NCBI GenBank assembly: GCA_051942205.1
Contig: JAVECO010000042.1
Span: 62,001-126,000, forward strand
Reading direction: 5' to 3'
Source: Coniocarpon cinnabarinum
Taxonomy: Eukaryota
DNA length: 64,000 nt
How positions within the stretch are numbered: position 1 is the first letter of the stretch; each line of letters begins with the position of its first letter. A model generated the notes under the pieces. The model did no database searches and was not told the origin of the DNA. It worked only from the letters and a program-made list of their open reading frames with translations. A program made the translations under genes and the position numbers. Shown in pieces: positions 1 to 12,891 of this stretch.

Positions 1-610
1 ATAACTGCGAATGAGAAGACGATCAAAATCGTCGTAGCAACTTTTGGACACCTCAACGCGATCAGACTCGCTCGACTTGCCAGATCGAATTGATTTGCAC
101 TGGGAGGCATCACTTAGTGGATCAATTTGATCGCCGAAGCGATGCTCTAGCAGTGGTTCGCGCAACGTAGGCTCCTTCGTCATTGCAAGAAGCAGCTTTC
201 TATTACAATCTTCAGCAAAGAGGCATTGCACGCGTCCAAGCATGGAGAATGGCGCCACTCATGCAAAACGTTCTGAAGATCGTGAATTTGCCCTTGTAAT
301 TAATAGAAGCACTCCAGATGATTGCAGTATCCTTGATGCATCCGTTCACATCGATTGCATCAATAAACATCGTGCACTGAGGCAATCAAATACGAAAGAA
401 TCTTGTAAAGTGGATGTAGATGTAACATACATCGTCTTTACTCTGCCTTGATCAATCATTGACCGACTGATCTGTGTGTTGGATAGACCCCACTTCAAAA
501 CCCTTTTGTAATGAGTGCACGAGAAATGTATTGACATCTCTGTGTAGTCTCACTTCGATTATAGCTCTGCTAATGAGTGTATCTGATGTATCAAATTCAA
601 AACCGTATGT

Positions 611-1607
611 TTACACCCACTGTTTGTTTCCAAAATGAGAGACAAGCGCACCACCGTTCCCATTCTCAATGCTAGCCTTTTCCCAGACCGACCTGACCGC
701 CCGGACGGATTCCTCTGGACTGATCGGGCCCTTGAAATGAGGCGCATATATTTGAAGCTTGCTTGCAAATCCCATAAGGCCCTGTATCTGATCTGGGGTG
801 ACTGTGGGTTTGCATCAGTCATATGTATCAGATGTTTTGAAGAATGACGGTGATTCATACGATTGTCGTTGTTGCCTGTATTCACCACTCCCGGGCTGAT
901 AGCCATGAAGAGTACGCCTTCTTTCTTATATTGCGCGTTGAACTTGGCGACGATGACGTTCAAGGCTGCCTTGGAGGCTGCGTACAAAGAACCTGTCTCA
1001 ACCTCAAGATCGTTGGTAAAGTCAAGATCGGCTAGGCCTGTGGAAATGGCCATGACCTTCTTGGCCTTGCCTTTCAGGACCAGCGGGAGGAAGAGATGAA
1101 ACAAGTGCACGTTGCCGATGACGTTGGTCTGCCATAGCTGCGAGCCGACAGCTTCCAGCTCCTCAGGTCTATCGCTCCTGTTGAACACGTGGCGTCAGTC
1201 ACAGTTCAGCCTGTTTCGAAGCCAGGATGAAGTCAACCGACAGTGCGCCAAGAGGTCCAAAGGCGTCGAAATGGGTCACTAAAGCTCCATTGGCAACCAG
1301 GTAGTCAACACCGCGCTCGCCAACAGCCTGGGCAGTGTCGGCGGCGGCTTGCTTCAGGCTGGCGTAGTTGGTGAGGTCTGCATGGAGAATGTGGACGTTG
1401 GGGCGTTTCCCCAGCTCTGCCACCACCTTTTTCTCAGTCGCGACCTTATCGCGGACCAGACCAACAACCAGATTGTTTGAGTCTTCTGAGAGCTGCTTCA
1501 CAAATTCGAACTGTGCTGCGTTAAGCCCACAGGCGATGCGCAACAAGGCTAATCGGCAGACTCACACCGATGCCTCTTGCCGCGCCTGTGATGACGTACA
1601 CGGACAT
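611..1607 (-). CDS. Short-chain dehydrogenase/reductase (CsgA/C-factor-like SDR), ~4 exons
   Basis: Exon 1 MSVYVITGAARGIG (TGxxxGxG) is followed by a GTGAGT donor. Later exons give VDYLVANGA, the catalytic YAASK (YxxxK) and ISPGVVNT. The last exon ends HFGNKQWV* at 611. Confidence 0.9.
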
Positions 1608-2516
1608 ATTGAGTGATTCTTGCTTGAGTGAATTGAACTGGGGTGCATCATCGTTATGTATCAGATGCTTGGTAGGTGCTATAGCAGTGACGTCCCGGCT
1701 GGTTGATTAATAATTCGGCGTATTGCTTAGTAATTTGGATTCTGGGGTCTCGTTCATTTCCTGTTTTGCGAATCGGCGTATCTGCATTGTCTTCCACACT
1801 ATTTATAGCTACCACAGTTCTCGCCCAGTGCACGACATATACTCTTATCGTGCATTTGACATACGTGTGAAATCAAAAGATACGCCTACAAAGCAATCGA
1901 CTTTGCGACCTGCCAAGACAATCTTCACGATCGTTCGGGTTGATGCATGATGCCGTTGGAAGACGCATGTCTGCGAGACGCTTCCGCACTATCTTTACCT
2001 TTGATACGCCGCACACGCCAGCACTGATGACACTCACTCTATGGTGTGCTGAGGCCATTGCCCTTTATCGTCTACTACTCCTGTTCGCATCTAGGATCTG
2101 TTCTGGATTGGCTGTGAGTTTGTTCGTAGGGATGATGTAAAGTATTGACAGCTACTGTTAGACCAAAAGGTGCACACCTTTCAGCCTCGAAAGGTGGTTT
2201 GTCGTATATATTCGTAACAGCCACGGCCCCCTATGCGTGCCGTCATGAGTGGCGATTAGGAATTATCATGCAGTTACCCTGCCCAAAATCCGATCGGAAT
2301 CGGGGTTACGTCGTGCGCGGGCGATTGATTACCCATCAGACTAACGTTCACGGAGGGGAGATTTGTATTTCGACCATGACGTTCTATGATAGCCTTTAAT
2401 TCATGTAGCATCACTTCCAGATTCTACAGAGAATGACAAGACAATGTTACTATAATTGCTTCGTTTCTATCTTAGTCTAACGTAAAACATCGTATTTGCT
2501 CGCGCCTCGCCCAGCC

Positions 2517-3500
2517 ATGTCAATAGCCTCAATTCCCCGCCTCATTCCCATTCTCTCCGGCAAAGGCGGCGTCGGCAAATCAAGCGTAACAGTCCAGCTC
2601 GCGCTCACCTTATCCCTCCTTGGCTACAATGTCGGCGTCCTCGACATCGACCTCACAGGCCCATCCATTCCCCGCCTCTTCGGCATCGAATCCGCAAAGA
2701 TCCGTCAAGCGCCAGGAGGATGGCTGCCGGTGCAGGTACACGAGCGAGGAGAAGAGCAGACTGCAGATGGCCCAGTGAGCCGCGGCGCCTTGCACTGCAT
2801 GTCTTTGGGTTTCTTGCTTCACGATCGGGGCGATGCGGTTATATGGCGGGGCCCCAAGAAGACGGCAATGGTCAAGCAGCTGCTTTCTGATGTCCTTTGG
2901 CCTCGAGATCTGGATTACTTGCTCATTGATACACCGCCTGGCACGTCTGATGAGCACATCTCGCTCATGACGAACCTGATGGATCCCGCGCGCATCAGCC
3001 CTTCTCAGAAGCTGGGAGCAGTCATCGTCACGACGCCTCAGGCCATCTCCACCTCCGACGTGAAGAAGGAGCTATCGTTTTGCCAGAAGATCAATCTGAA
3101 CGTTTTAGGGGTGGTTGAAAACATGGCAGGATACGTGTGTCCGTGTTGCGGAGAGACAACAGATGTGTTCAGCAAGGGCGGAGGAGAAATAATGGCCAGA
3201 GAATGGGCTGTTGCGTTCTTGGGGCGTGCACCCATTGATGGTGAGGGCTGGGGCATGCTTATTGAAGAGGGGAAGACGCCCGTATACCAAAGCGCGGAAG
3301 GTAATGGCAATGGAACAAGCAATGGTGAGGAGACCTCGAATGGCACTACAAGCAAACAGACTCCAGTCGAGCGCGATCCTGGACGGCTAGCCATCCAGTA
3401 CACACGGTGCTCGCTTTACCCAGTATTCAAAAGCATCGTAGATAAGCTTTTGCCCTTTAATGCTTCACTACCTGTTCAGCCAAACGCAGACGGCGGTTAG
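2517..3500 (+). CDS. CFD1: Cytosolic Fe-S cluster assembly factor CFD1 (Mrp/NBP35 P-loop NTPase)
   Basis: Motifs [33 protein letters not shown] and CPCC (CPxC). It lacks the N-terminal ferredoxin-like extension of NBP35. Intronless. Confidence 0.93.
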   Translation: MSIASIPRLIPILSGKGGVGKSSVTVQLALTLSLLGYNVGVLDIDLTGPSIPRLFGIESAKIRQAPGGWLPVQVHERGEEQTADGPVSRGALHCMSLGFLLHDRGDAVIWRGPKKTAMVKQLLSDVLWPRDLDYLLIDTPPGTSDEHISLMTNLMDPARISPSQKLGAVIVTTPQAISTSDVKKELSFCQKINLNVLGVVENMAGYVCPCCGETTDVFSKGGGEIMAREWAVAFLGRAPIDGEGWGMLIEEGKTPVYQSAEGNGNGTSNGEETSNGTTSKQTPVERDPGRLAIQYTRCSLYPVFKSIVDKLLPFNASLPVQPNADGG

Positions 3501-4326
3501 ACACCATTACTCGTTCCGCAGGCTCGTGGCGGACTTTCCACACACGCATTAACACACTTACTCTGTGCATCTCCAATTCCGAGAATATGCTGTAGGTTAT
3601 TAGCTGGTCGCTGTGCGTGGTTATACTTTCATCGCACTCATTTTGACCGGCGCTAGCTTGGCCTGCTATCACCTTCGCATGCATGAAAGGATGCGAAGTG
3701 TTCATAACACACTTATCCTGTAAAGAAGGTATTAAACACGGTTATGTGGAAGACGAAATAACGAAGGTCAGGTGCTTTGGCCAAGCCACGTCGCATAATA
3801 TTCAGTAAGATGCTGTCGGAGACAACGAAGCTAGCAAAGAGCAGCAAGGCAGTGCAAATGACTAGCAGGGACTTTCATGAGAAGACGTTGTGATGCAATT
3901 CCGAATGTTTGACGTCTTTGATGATGACGGCGATGACAGGCATTTGAATGATCCTGGTGGGCCAGTTCTGACCACGACGAAAACAGTAACGACAGACGTT
4001 TGAATGATCCTTCTCGACCAACCATGACAATGACAAGGACGATGGCAACCTCCAGCTCTCAGCTTCGAACCTCCACCGATGACAACCCAATTCAGATGCC
4101 CCGACCTCTCCTCCATGAACAAACACGACCAGCGAACCCAATGACAATCCTTGGAAGCCAATCGCAAGATCACCAGCTCAGACACAAGCACTCCGCGGGT
4201 CCTTTCCTCACGCTTCTCGAAGACAGAGCAAGGGTCACCAAAAGAACAGCGGCCGTGCGCGAGAGCATCGTGAAGAGACTCAGCAGGCATGACTAGCAGT
4301 ATGACAGTTCTGTCATGGAGTTGGCA

Positions 4327-4458
4327 TCTCCCACCGCACTCCCGGAGGCGCGTGACGACAGAGCGTATCATGTCGACCAAAGGTACATGCCGGTGTCTTC
4401 TCCCACCGTACTCCCGGAGGCACGTGGAGCAGAGCGTATCAATGCTGCCCAAAGGTAC
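4327..4458. repeat. Imperfect 72-bp tandem duplication
   Basis: TCTCCCACCG(C/T)ACTCCCGGAGGC(G/A)CGTG...CAGAGCGTATCA...CCAAAGGTACA starts at both 4327 and 4399. Confidence 0.8.
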
Positions 4459-6891
4459 AAGACGAGGATCCGCACAATACTGTCTTCGGGCTCACCAAGC
4501 AAGTCAACGATAACGTCGTACTGAGAGGGCGTCATGCAGTGACGTTGCCAGATCACAAGCGTCAGCAACCACCAGTGAATACTTGCTACCGATGAAATCA
4601 GAGTCGAATGAATGATGGTAGTGATGAGTGTTGACTGATGAGTGTTGACTGATGTTGACGACGTCGAAGATGATGTTGAAAGTGGTGTTGATGACTTGGA
4701 TGGCGACGACGATGATGTTGATGACCCGAATGGCGCCGACGATGATGACTGCGACGAGATTGGCTGTGGTATGGTCAGCGGACTGTCAAAGCAATGAGTG
4801 CGAATGATGAACACCAACCTGAGTCACGTGAAGAATCTTTGCACGTGCCATGAGTAGAGTTGGGGCGGACACAGCCCTTGGCTCAGGTTGAAGTTGCCGC
4901 CTCGGCTGCTGTCATGACTGAGGGAAGACGCTGTCAGTGAGGTAGAGCAGTGAGCGGTCGACTCGATTCAACTTGCCGCGATGTCCATTCTCGATCTCGA
5001 GGAGGACCAAGCCAAGTTGAAGGAGGGACGTTGTTGTGACCATGTGAGTGTCGAAGTAGGAGCCAGGCTCACCAAGTTGGGCGACGGCGGTGATGGGGAA
5101 AGAAGCTGAAAAACGACTTTCTGACTTGAGAGGCATTGAGACACGAAGGTAGAGACAAAGAAACAGTCATGATCATGAAGAGAAATGACTTGGAAGTAGT
5201 GTTGACGGCGGATGAGTGAGTGTGGGAGAAAATTGTGCGTGGAGGAGGTTGAGGAAAGAAAGAGAAAGGAAGTGGGCGGTGGAAGGAGTTTTGTGAGCGG
5301 TAGGGCTGAGTTGACATGGCAACAGGAGCAGGGTCCTCGACGCGTCGACGTCAGCGTTGACACGGTGATGTTGTTGTTGGTGGACTGGCGTTTGATGAGC
5401 TACGCGTGTTCAGCGTGAAGCACCTCGCACCTTGAGGGACTTTACAACGGAAGCGGTCCGCGAAGCTCCGCAGTCAGGTAACGTGACGCCTCAGGAAGCT
5501 CTCTGAGGGACCCTAGGCAGTTCCAGCAGGGCGAAAGTAATTGTACGAATGGACGGAAGGCCAGCAGTGCAAGTCACTACATATGACTCAATGATTTAGC
5601 TGAGGCAAGCCCAGGAGACTCTCAAGAACAGCGAGTCTATGGGGAGGACGTAGCGCTCTCGTCCGAGTGTATGTGCAATATGCATGATACAATTTCGAAC
5701 GCATAGTCCCATGGTGGCAGCCTCATGGCCAAGAAACGCTCTTAGCAATCTCAAATGACTTCTCCAGAAGCCAAGAAGAGTACTAGGCCAATCTCAGCTG
5801 GCTGAAAAGTGACTAAGCTCACACTATCTAGGCGCAGAGCGCAACAGCTGCACACAGATGGGTGAGAATCTACTGCGAGGCCGCCGCAAACTGCGTGAGG
5901 AAAGCCATCTCAGGTCACAAGCACATATCTAGGCCCCATCATGGAGAATAGGAACAGTAAAGAGCAACGAATGCACTGGTGTTGTTGCATGTCGATGGAC
6001 AGACGCGAGGACCCAAATAACTAAAAGTCAAAACACAGTATCTATGTCGACACCCACCTTCCTGCGATATTAACTTCAGGAAAGTATCAACATGCTCGAC
6101 CGGCGCCATGACATATTTTAACGCAAGCGTGACCTTCACATCGATCAAGTCTCCCACATTGTACCATCATCATCTCCTTTGCCTCTCTCACGAGCACCCG
6201 TGGCCTCTCTTCTCGAGGTGAAATGACTGTACTCCGTGGCAGGATGGGGAGTTTTAGTTGCTTGCCGTCATAACTAGGCTTCATTGAACCGCAAATTCGA
6301 CACCGTGGTCGCTTCTGCACCTTGATAGCCATTGAAAAGTGTCGCAGCTCCACCCAGTGCAAGAAAAGAAAAAGGAAAAGGAAAAGGAGATCACCTTGCT
6401 CCAGTAGAAAGTCTTTCTCTCCTGCGAGTCTTTTTACTCTGCGCAGTGTCGTCGTTCAATGGGTACGATTTTGTAGATGTAGTGGTTATGAGCTGTGTGG
6501 AAGATAGAGCTCAGTAGTTGGTATCTGTATTACTTGAAAGTGTTTAGTTACAGTCGACTATTGCATTGGAGATGGTTGTTTCCAGGGTGTAGACTTCATC
6601 TCAATCTTCTTTAAAGCATATGGCTATTAATGGCCTTTTCACGGTCTTCTCGGCCTCTACTGAGTCCAAACAGAAATTTTCATGCTGCTAAGCGTCATCA
6701 ATCAAGTAGTATTTCATGGCTATGACAGTCTTTGGGCTGCGTTGATGTTGACTTGGGAAGCTCAAGGTCTCCCAGATGCACAAATGGCAACTTTACGTAA
6801 ATACTATGCCTATACAGCATCCAAAATAGCGACATCATAGCCTCTTCCATTCCACTAAGCCATCAAAAAGCCTCCCTGTCTTTCTATAACT

Positions 6892-8594
6892 TTACCTCCT
6901 TCCTGGCCCCCCCTTCTTCGCCGACCACTGAATCCTCACCATCGGCTCCTCCGCCTCTTCGCCCATTTTCTTCTTCTTCCCCTCATCCTTAATCGTGAAA
7001 TACTGCCACGCCTCCTCCGGCTTGAGTCCGCGCGTCTCCGGCACCCACGCCATCACATACTCCGCCTTCGAATCATAATCACTCGCCTGCTTCACCGGGT
7101 TAAACTTCCGTCCCCCGCCGCCTTCTCGCGGATCATTCCCCACGCCCGCGGTGTATTGCCAGTTTCCCCAGTTGGAATGGACGTCGTAGTCCACGAGGCA
7201 GCATTCATACCATTCAGCGCCAAGTCGCCAATCCAGTCCCAGATGTTTGGCTAAATAAGAGGCGACGTTTTGGCGCGCGCGGTTGGAGGTGTAACCTGTC
7301 AGGAAGAGTTCGCGTTGACTCGCGTCGATCAACCCCGTGCCCGTTGTGCCCTCTTGCCATCTGCGCACGGCGTTCGTGTCATAACTCCATTTGGCGGAGG
7401 TGTCGTTGCGGAAGCCTTCAGGCCGGAAGAGGCGCGGCCCAAATTTCCAGGCGACGAGGCGCATGTAGTCGCGCCAGAGGAGCTCAAAGCGCATATGGCC
7501 TGTGCCTTTGTTCTCGCCCTTGCCGTAGCCCTGCGCGCCCTTTCCGATATCCGTTGACCCGTTCTCGAAGTCGAGCATGTAGAAGTGAACCTGTCGCGCG
7601 GTGATGCAGCCGAGCGCTAGATGTGCTGAGAATTTGGAGGAGAAATCAACGCCTAACAAGCCATTGCGCGTGTCCTTGTAAGTCGTGAGGGCGCCTGCGG
7701 AGAGCAAGTGCTTAATTCGATCGTGCCCGGCGGATTCGCCTCCGGGGAAGGGAATCGCGGTCGAGGCGCCGGATTGGGGCATCTTAGGAGGGTTCTTGAG
7801 ACCGAGATTGGATCCGAGGGGTTTGTGGAGCGCGGCGATGAGGTCGTTGAGGTTAGACGGGATGGAGAAGGGAGAGATTTGCTCTGGGATGTTACTGGGG
7901 AGGGGAGGGAGAGAGGACGGTTTGGGATGGGTCCGCCGTGGGGCGTCGCGGAGGGGTTCTACCATCTTTTTGTAGGAGGTGAATACGTCGGGGACGTCGT
8001 TTGGTTTGTCGAAGGGGAGGTCGCGGCTGTGATTGTTACTTATAGTTGGCAATCTTTTTTTAGAAAGCAGACTTACTCGTCAACGAGGTATTTCTCATCG
8101 ATGAATACCTTGAAGTCCTTCCCTCGATTTTTCATCTCTCTTCTAATCGCGCGCTCTTCCCGTTTCTCTTCAACCGCAACCTCCTCCGTTATCCACAAGC
8201 CCGTCACTTCAGTGTCACCTGACTGCTCAAAGCCGTCGAGAATCTGCTTGATAACATCGCCAATCATGCCCACGCGAATGACAAGATCACTGTTCAAAGC
8301 TTGAAAACCCTTCTTGACTTCCCAGACACTCTCCGCTAGGAACTTCGACCGCAGATGCCCGCATCGCCAGAAGTTGCCCGTCTGGCTTCGTGCCTCAGGA
8401 TACGGTGATTTCGCATCTTGAGAGGAAATAAAGCCCGAGACCTCGACTTGCTGGGCTGGAAAGATGTAGAGAGGTAAGACATGCGTGAACGGTTTTTGCG
8501 ATTGTGAGTTTAGTCGTCCGATCTCGTGGAGGATAGGGTTATCAGCGACGCGCAGATCGCGTCGCAGCAGATATATGAGGACTTTGTTGGCCAT
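6892..8594 (-). CDS. cryD: Cryptochrome DASH (photolyase/cryptochrome family), 2 exons
   Basis: N-terminal LLRRDLRVADNP, then YKDTRNGLLGVDFSSKFS, FELLWRDY, SNRARQNVASYL and DYDVHSNWGNW..AGVGNDPR. Predicted intron 8027-8076 (GTAAGT..CAG). Confidence 0.93.
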
Positions 8595-8962
8595 GTTTTT
8601 TTGAATTTTAATTATCTTACAGAAATAGCTTAGCACTCACACAGATTGTTCAGAAGACTCAAAGAAAGAACGCATTGGTACAAAAGAGTTAACATATCGA
8701 AAAAAAAGCCATTGAAACGTGCATGCGACGTCATCTGATCTCGGGATCGACGCTATGATCGAACAGGTAAAGTTTCAGATCTGGGGCCAGACATTGACCG
8801 GGGGTTTTCTTAATGAGACAGCTCTGGGGAGGTCGTGAACAAGGGTGGTTAGCACTGAGCCGTCTTGGGCCTAGTGAGTCTGGAATGAGCTTTTGCAGTA
8901 GCTTCAAGTCTAGATGCGAGTCGTGGCACTTCTTCCCGGGGATATTATGCACTTCACGACGT

Positions 8963-10639
8963 TCACGACGACGTCAAGCTCATTTCACCCATGCCCTGCA
9001 TTGTCTCAGCTTCTCTCAGCTCCCTGGCGCACTTCCCGCATCCACAGCCACCATCCCCCATCCAGTTCTTCAGACATTGCCTCCTCTCAAAAACATTGAG
9101 ACCTTCCTGCTCCATTCCCAGATCGTAACAAATAAACAGCTCCTCTCCTTTTTCTACATCCCTGCTTGTCTTCAAAACTATCGCTGCTTCTGTCCGCTGT
9201 TCCTCGTAAACGATATTGGCCTCACAGCTATGGTTGAATAGACTGTAGCAGGGGAACACCCCCTGCATAGCTGGAGACTCCTGGCCGGGGAACGGATCAA
9301 GGGACGCGCCCACTTGATTGTTGTTGATGCGGTACAGGATAGTGTGAATGACCCAAGTGTCGAATCTCAGATCGGCGAAGATGTCGATGCCGAAATCTTG
9401 AAGGATGCGGAAAGGAAGGACAATGTGCTGCATGAAATTCCAGGGAAGGATGACCGTGCCTTGGTAGTTTGCAGTGATATTAGCGATCTCGGGAACGAGC
9501 AATGGATGCGTTTGAGGATCAAGCACGGCTTGCCTGACGGAGATCTCAAGAAAACGCTTGAGCAGAAGAAGATCGCTCTTTAGATTGCGTGTGGTGTTCT
9601 TGACGAGACCCAGAGATTCCAGCTCGCTAAAGTCGGTATGACGCTGTCGATTCGCATCTAACAATTTGTCATTGGCAAGTTTTGCGTGCTTGTCACAGCA
9701 GAACCGCTCCGCTAATAGTTCGGATGGTAGCTGCTTAAGACAAAGCAGACACCGGCCGTCCTCGCTTGTAGCCACCGTGTAAGAGAGGTCCACAAAAATC
9801 TGCTCGTCCTTGGAAATGTGTCGGGCTGCGAAAACACCAAGATCTGCGCATAAGATATTACTCTGATGAACGCGACAACGCCCACGAGATCGCTGTGCTA
9901 CAAGCGTGTTAAGTGAGTTGACGTTTCGCTTAGTCTCATGTAGGTCGCTCCTAATCCAAGGGTATCGTCGAATGGCGACCGCTCCATTTAGCATCACCTT
10001 CTTCAGCGTGTAAGGGTCGTCAACGAGCTCTTGATGTGCCTTGCACGCTTCCTGCTTGGCTTCCAGTAATTGACGCAGATATATTTGGTAATTCTGACTC
10101 CACGGCCCGTCATCATCCGCAGGCAGCTCTCCAAATTTCTGCTCTGCTTCTCTGGCCAGCTTCTGATTCTCTTGCAGGCAGTCGAGATGCTGCAGAGCAA
10201 TGATGAGAATAGACCAGGCCTGTTGCTCATAACCGTTGAGCCGCTCCGCCACTTCATTCGCAATGTTCGTGATGTCAACGGATTGAGAACCGAGGCCGGC
10301 AAGTCCAGAGTCAAAACGTTCGTGCCATCTCAGCCATAGGCACATTCCATATTGCAAATGCACATTGGACCCAAGTACAGAAGCGGGCTTTTTCGCCGCC
10401 TCAATGAGCAAACGCGCTTTGTAAGCGTCGCCCGCGGCTAGCTCAGGATATCCCAGTGCGAGAAGCAGCTGCGACCTCAGGATCCAAAGACCAGGCTCAT
10501 ACGGTATCAAGGCGATGGCTCGCGTGTTCTTCTGCAGCCGCTCAGCGTTGAAAGAGATCGGTCTAGTTGAAGATGCATCCCATATTGGATGTTTTGCACA
10601 GTCGGAAGGTTTATACTCGCTTTGCCAAGGTTGGTCCAT
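8963..10639 (-). CDS. SET-domain lysine methyltransferase, SMYD/Set5-like (TPR-like N-terminus, degenerate MYND, post-SET)
   Basis: GVFAARHISKDEQIF, CLLC..FCCDKH, SLFNHSCEAN, GEELFICY and post-SET CGCGKC. 558-aa intronless ORF. Confidence 0.85.
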   Translation of the reverse strand: MDQPWQSEYKPSDCAKHPIWDASSTRPISFNAERLQKNTRAIALIPYEPGLWILRSQLLLALGYPELAAGDAYKARLLIEAAKKPASVLGSNVHLQYGMCLWLRWHERFDSGLAGLGSQSVDITNIANEVAERLNGYEQQAWSILIIALQHLDCLQENQKLAREAEQKFGELPADDDGPWSQNYQIYLRQLLEAKQEACKAHQELVDDPYTLKKVMLNGAVAIRRYPWIRSDLHETKRNVNSLNTLVAQRSRGRCRVHQSNILCADLGVFAARHISKDEQIFVDLSYTVATSEDGRCLLCLKQLPSELLAERFCCDKHAKLANDKLLDANRQRHTDFSELESLGLVKNTTRNLKSDLLLLKRFLEISVRQAVLDPQTHPLLVPEIANITANYQGTVILPWNFMQHIVLPFRILQDFGIDIFADLRFDTWVIHTILYRINNNQVGASLDPFPGQESPAMQGVFPCYSLFNHSCEANIVYEEQRTEAAIVLKTSRDVEKGEELFICYDLGMEQEGLNVFERRQCLKNWMGDGGCGCGKCARELREAETMQGMGEMSLTSS

Positions 10640-10848
10640 GTGCTATTGTATCAAAGTGCGGCGTGGTGAATGACGAGACTGAGATGGTGGGCTTACGTTC
10701 AATTTTTCCGACGTCTGAGCTTCAGTGCCTTCTTTGACGGCAGGTGGAGGCAGCGGGAGGCTGCAGGCCTTATGGAACCACTTTTGATAATTGTCATGTA
10801 ATCTGACGAAACGATGTTCTCGTTTGTAGTTCGATTGTGCCCCACTTT

Positions 10849-12531
10849 TCAGCCACATGCAGGTTCTTCGGTGGACAGCACTGTCACATTGTTGTCGCCA
10901 TATGCGCCACCATCCAAGATCCACTCTTCGTTGTCATCATTGTCATCTTGCACTCGTCTCCAAGCTGTCCTCCGCTCTCTTGCCCTACCTTTGCCCTTTT
11001 CATCTATGCCTGCATTATACACAGGACGAATCAGCTCTCCGAGCAAAGGGTTCCGAGCAAATCCAGCTCCGCTATGCGCACTCTCCTGTGGTGGAGTCTG
11101 CGGCGCATCTGGCTCGTCGCTTTCACTCCCTGCTAATGCCTCGTCTCTCGAAATTTCCTGCATGCGCTTCACGGCCTTTCCGCCTTTGATGTCTATGCTC
11201 ATGACCGTCTTTCGTTTCTCGTAGTCTTGCTTTGAGTTCCACTCTTGCTCGCGCAAGATCTTCTGCTGGCGTTTGAGCTGCTGCGCACGCTCGAGTGGGC
11301 TCGCCCACATGCTCAAACCGACATCCGGCGTCTCATAATCTGCAGCTTCATCGTGAATTTGTGTTCGTCTCGCATTTTCAGCTTGATACTTCAGTAAACG
11401 GTCACGATGAGCGCGCGCGATATCAAGAGATTTCTCAGCTGCACCATCTGCATCAGACGCATACCCTGATCCCGGTCTTGACGAGGCTGGTGTATTGTTT
11501 GATGACGCAAACGGTCGCGGCGCTTTGGCGATATCGGCTTTGCGATGCGCGGCGTTGTGCTCATTTTGCTTCTCCTTGCCTCGCTCCTCTTTCAGCACGC
11601 GTATCATCTCATGGATCTCCGTACTGCTGAGTATGGGCGTGCCGCAGAATGTGCAAGGCCCTAGTCCCTCCTTCGCGCAAATGATCTTGCCACATGACAA
11701 ACAATTTGGTGCGGCTGCTAAAATAGCGTGACGTTGTGCGCCACAGTCACATCTCCTCCTCTTGGTTTCTTCGCCCGACATCGAGGTTCTTGTTGGGTCG
11801 GTTTGCAGCTCTAATGATCGAATAGCTGAATCGAGCTCTGAAACTGTTGTGGATGCTCCATGCATGGATGCGCCTCCAGTGATGTTTATCTTTGTCTTTG
11901 GTGTATTGGCTCCACTCTTTGCGGGTGAGGAAGCCCGGCTCGATTTTCTCGAATCTGATATGAGAGGTCCAGCAGCCGAGGGCGGTAACTTGAGCGAATG
12001 ATTGGACTTCGCGTTGGGTGCATTTGTAGCGTCAATTGAGGGCGATGGCCTTGTCGGCGACGGTGTCTGCTTTGCGTCGGGACCATCTTGGAGAGCGAAT
12101 GTGTGTGCTATTCTCGTCGGTCGTGCTTTTGCAGGCATGTAATCACCCTCTTCGTGCTTCTTGTACGCTCTTTGGCTGCTCGCTTGCTCTTCAACTTGGC
12201 GTGGAGGAGGAAGGTTATTCAGAGGCTGTTTCTTTGACTTTGCTTTTCGCGTGACTCTAGGAACCTCCGACAAGCCCTCATGATTTAAGGCATCCTGCGT
12301 AGTTCTGTTTGAGTTGGAGACATTGGCTTTTTGTCCCGGGCGTCTTTGATTGAAAGATGAAATAAATTCTAGAGCTTGTGGAGAGTCCCCCAGTAGGCTC
12401 TTCAGATTTTCCGAGGCTGCGTCCGTCGGCAAGGATTGCGCTTGATCGATAATTTGTTTCAGAGATCCATCGTCCAGTGGCAGAAGCTTAGCAAGCTGCG
12501 ACTTAGCCCAGCTGTCAAATGAACCTGCCAT
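10849..12531 (-). CDS. RQT4: C2HC5 zinc-finger protein, RQT4/TRIP4 (ASC-1) homolog, ribosome quality control trigger
   Basis: CDCGAQRH..APNCLSCGKIIC.KEG.GPCTFCG finger, then RDRLL.Y..ENARRTQIHDEAADY and W.SPLERA. Confidence 0.88.
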   Translation of the reverse strand: MAGSFDSWAKSQLAKLLPLDDGSLKQIIDQAQSLPTDAASENLKSLLGDSPQALEFISSFNQRRPGQKANVSNSNRTTQDALNHEGLSEVPRVTRKAKSKKQPLNNLPPPRQVEEQASSQRAYKKHEEGDYMPAKARPTRIAHTFALQDGPDAKQTPSPTRPSPSIDATNAPNAKSNHSLKLPPSAAGPLISDSRKSSRASSPAKSGANTPKTKINITGGASMHGASTTVSELDSAIRSLELQTDPTRTSMSGEETKRRRCDCGAQRHAILAAAPNCLSCGKIICAKEGLGPCTFCGTPILSSTEIHEMIRVLKEERGKEKQNEHNAAHRKADIAKAPRPFASSNNTPASSRPGSGYASDADGAAEKSLDIARAHRDRLLKYQAENARRTQIHDEAADYETPDVGLSMWASPLERAQQLKRQQKILREQEWNSKQDYEKRKTVMSIDIKGGKAVKRMQEISRDEALAGSESDEPDAPQTPPQESAHSGAGFARNPLLGELIRPVYNAGIDEKGKGRARERRTAWRRVQDDNDDNEEWILDGGAYGDNNVTVLSTEEPACG

Positions 12532-12891
12532 TATGAATCAACTCCGCATGCAGTCGGGTTGCAATTGTGCAGCGAGCGCCTGCCCAGATTTCGTCGTCAG
12601 AGAATGCGTCTGTGATTAACACATGCGGTAGTACACCTCAGACACGATGGGATGTACAGTGTGGTGCTGCGGCGTATATTTGTGCAACTGCTGCCCTAAA
12701 ATTCACGAGATCATCTCGGGTTTCGGTACATATCTTGCCGAGTAAGGCTTTAGGCAGGGTATCAAGATATACCTTGCAGTCACCTTGCGCGCGCATAAGA
12801 CGTTAATCAAGATATTTCTTTACGGCACCAAACGACATATGTAAAACCACAATCAGTCGAGCTCACCGATTCTTCCATCGCCTGCGAAACC

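Noticed and set aside
5939..6362. Short minus-strand ORFs with a lone CRIC motif
   Set aside because: A single CxxC with no second pair and no other coding support.
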